From NCBI RefSeq assembly GCF_037042905.1, contig NC_087251.1:31374001-31438000 (forward strand): DNA of 64,000 bases, given 5' to 3'. This DNA is from Lytechinus pictus (Eukaryota). The notes below the pieces were generated by a model. That model worked only from the letters and a program-made list of their open reading frames with translations, did not search any database and was not told the origin of the DNA. Numbering within the stretch: the first letter of the stretch is position 1; each line of letters opens with the position of its first letter. Below, piece after piece: positions 63,737-64,000 of this stretch. Made by a program: the position numbers and the translations under genes.

Positions 63737-64000
63737 GGAGCGTTGTGGCCCAGTGGATTAGTCTCCGGACTTTGAAACAGAGGGTCGTGGGTTCGAATCC
63801 CAGCCATGGCGTAATTTCCTTCAGCAAGAAACTGATCCACAATGTGCTGCACTCAACCCAGGTGAGGTAAATGGGTACCGGTAGGAAGTAATTCCTTAAA
63901 AAGCTGTGTGCGCTATGAACGCCTAGCTTAGCCGGGTAATATAGGAGCGCCTTGAGCACCTAACAAGGTGGATATGTGCGCAATATAAATACCCCCCTAT
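63737..64000 (+). mobile_element. tRNA-derived SINE in a dynein intron
   Basis: A box TGGCCCAGTGG, B box GGTTCGAATCC, central CACTCAACCCAGGTG..AAATGGGTACC domain, AGCGCCTTGAG..GCGCAATATAAAT LINE-like tail. Confidence 0.88.

Noticed and set aside
63737..63810. tRNA gene
   Set aside because: A and B boxes are present but there is no proper acceptor stem or terminator, and it continues into SINE body and tail; a decayed similar head lies at ~62305-62380

Overview
AT-rich animal genomic DNA, not prokaryotic. The gene and repeat style suggests a marine invertebrate, plausibly a sea urchin (inference, not provable here). Three spliced protein-coding genes were reconstructed by eye from GT-AG junctions. 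(1) A complete PP2C phosphatase PPM1A/B orthologue on + (coding exons 14922-15767, 18215-18332, 22530-22635, 25175-25229, 26534-26557; 382 aa; probable non-coding first exon ending at 6553). (2) A complete ALKBH6 on - (7 coding exons from 57054 to 46947; 245 aa). (3) The last three coding exons of cytoplasmic dynein-1 heavy chain on - (63413-62073). The rest is dense, often nested transposon sequence: Tc1/mariner-, hAT-, Harbinger-, piggyBac-, CMC/EnSpm-, Helentron- and possibly Crypton-like non-autonomous elements, a SINE and a CR1 fragment. The main highlight is a near-intact CR1-group LINE antisense in ALKBH6 intron 1. Its single polyprotein reads signal peptide - ~100-aa unknown domain - virus-like 2A StopGo motif (GDIEPNPG/P) - basic NLS - PHD finger - APE endonuclease - RT. 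Other highlights: a 36-bp micro-insertion with target-site duplications at two distant loci; regionally segregated TA-NNNN-TA palindromes that look like excision footprints; stop-codon-spanning tandem duplications at the 3' ends of both dynein and ALKBH6; a ~1-kb duplication abutting a 5.6-kb CMC-like transposon; and a perfect 21-6-21 recombinase-like site. All coordinates were counted by hand; TE family assignments rest on termini and TSD patterns only.
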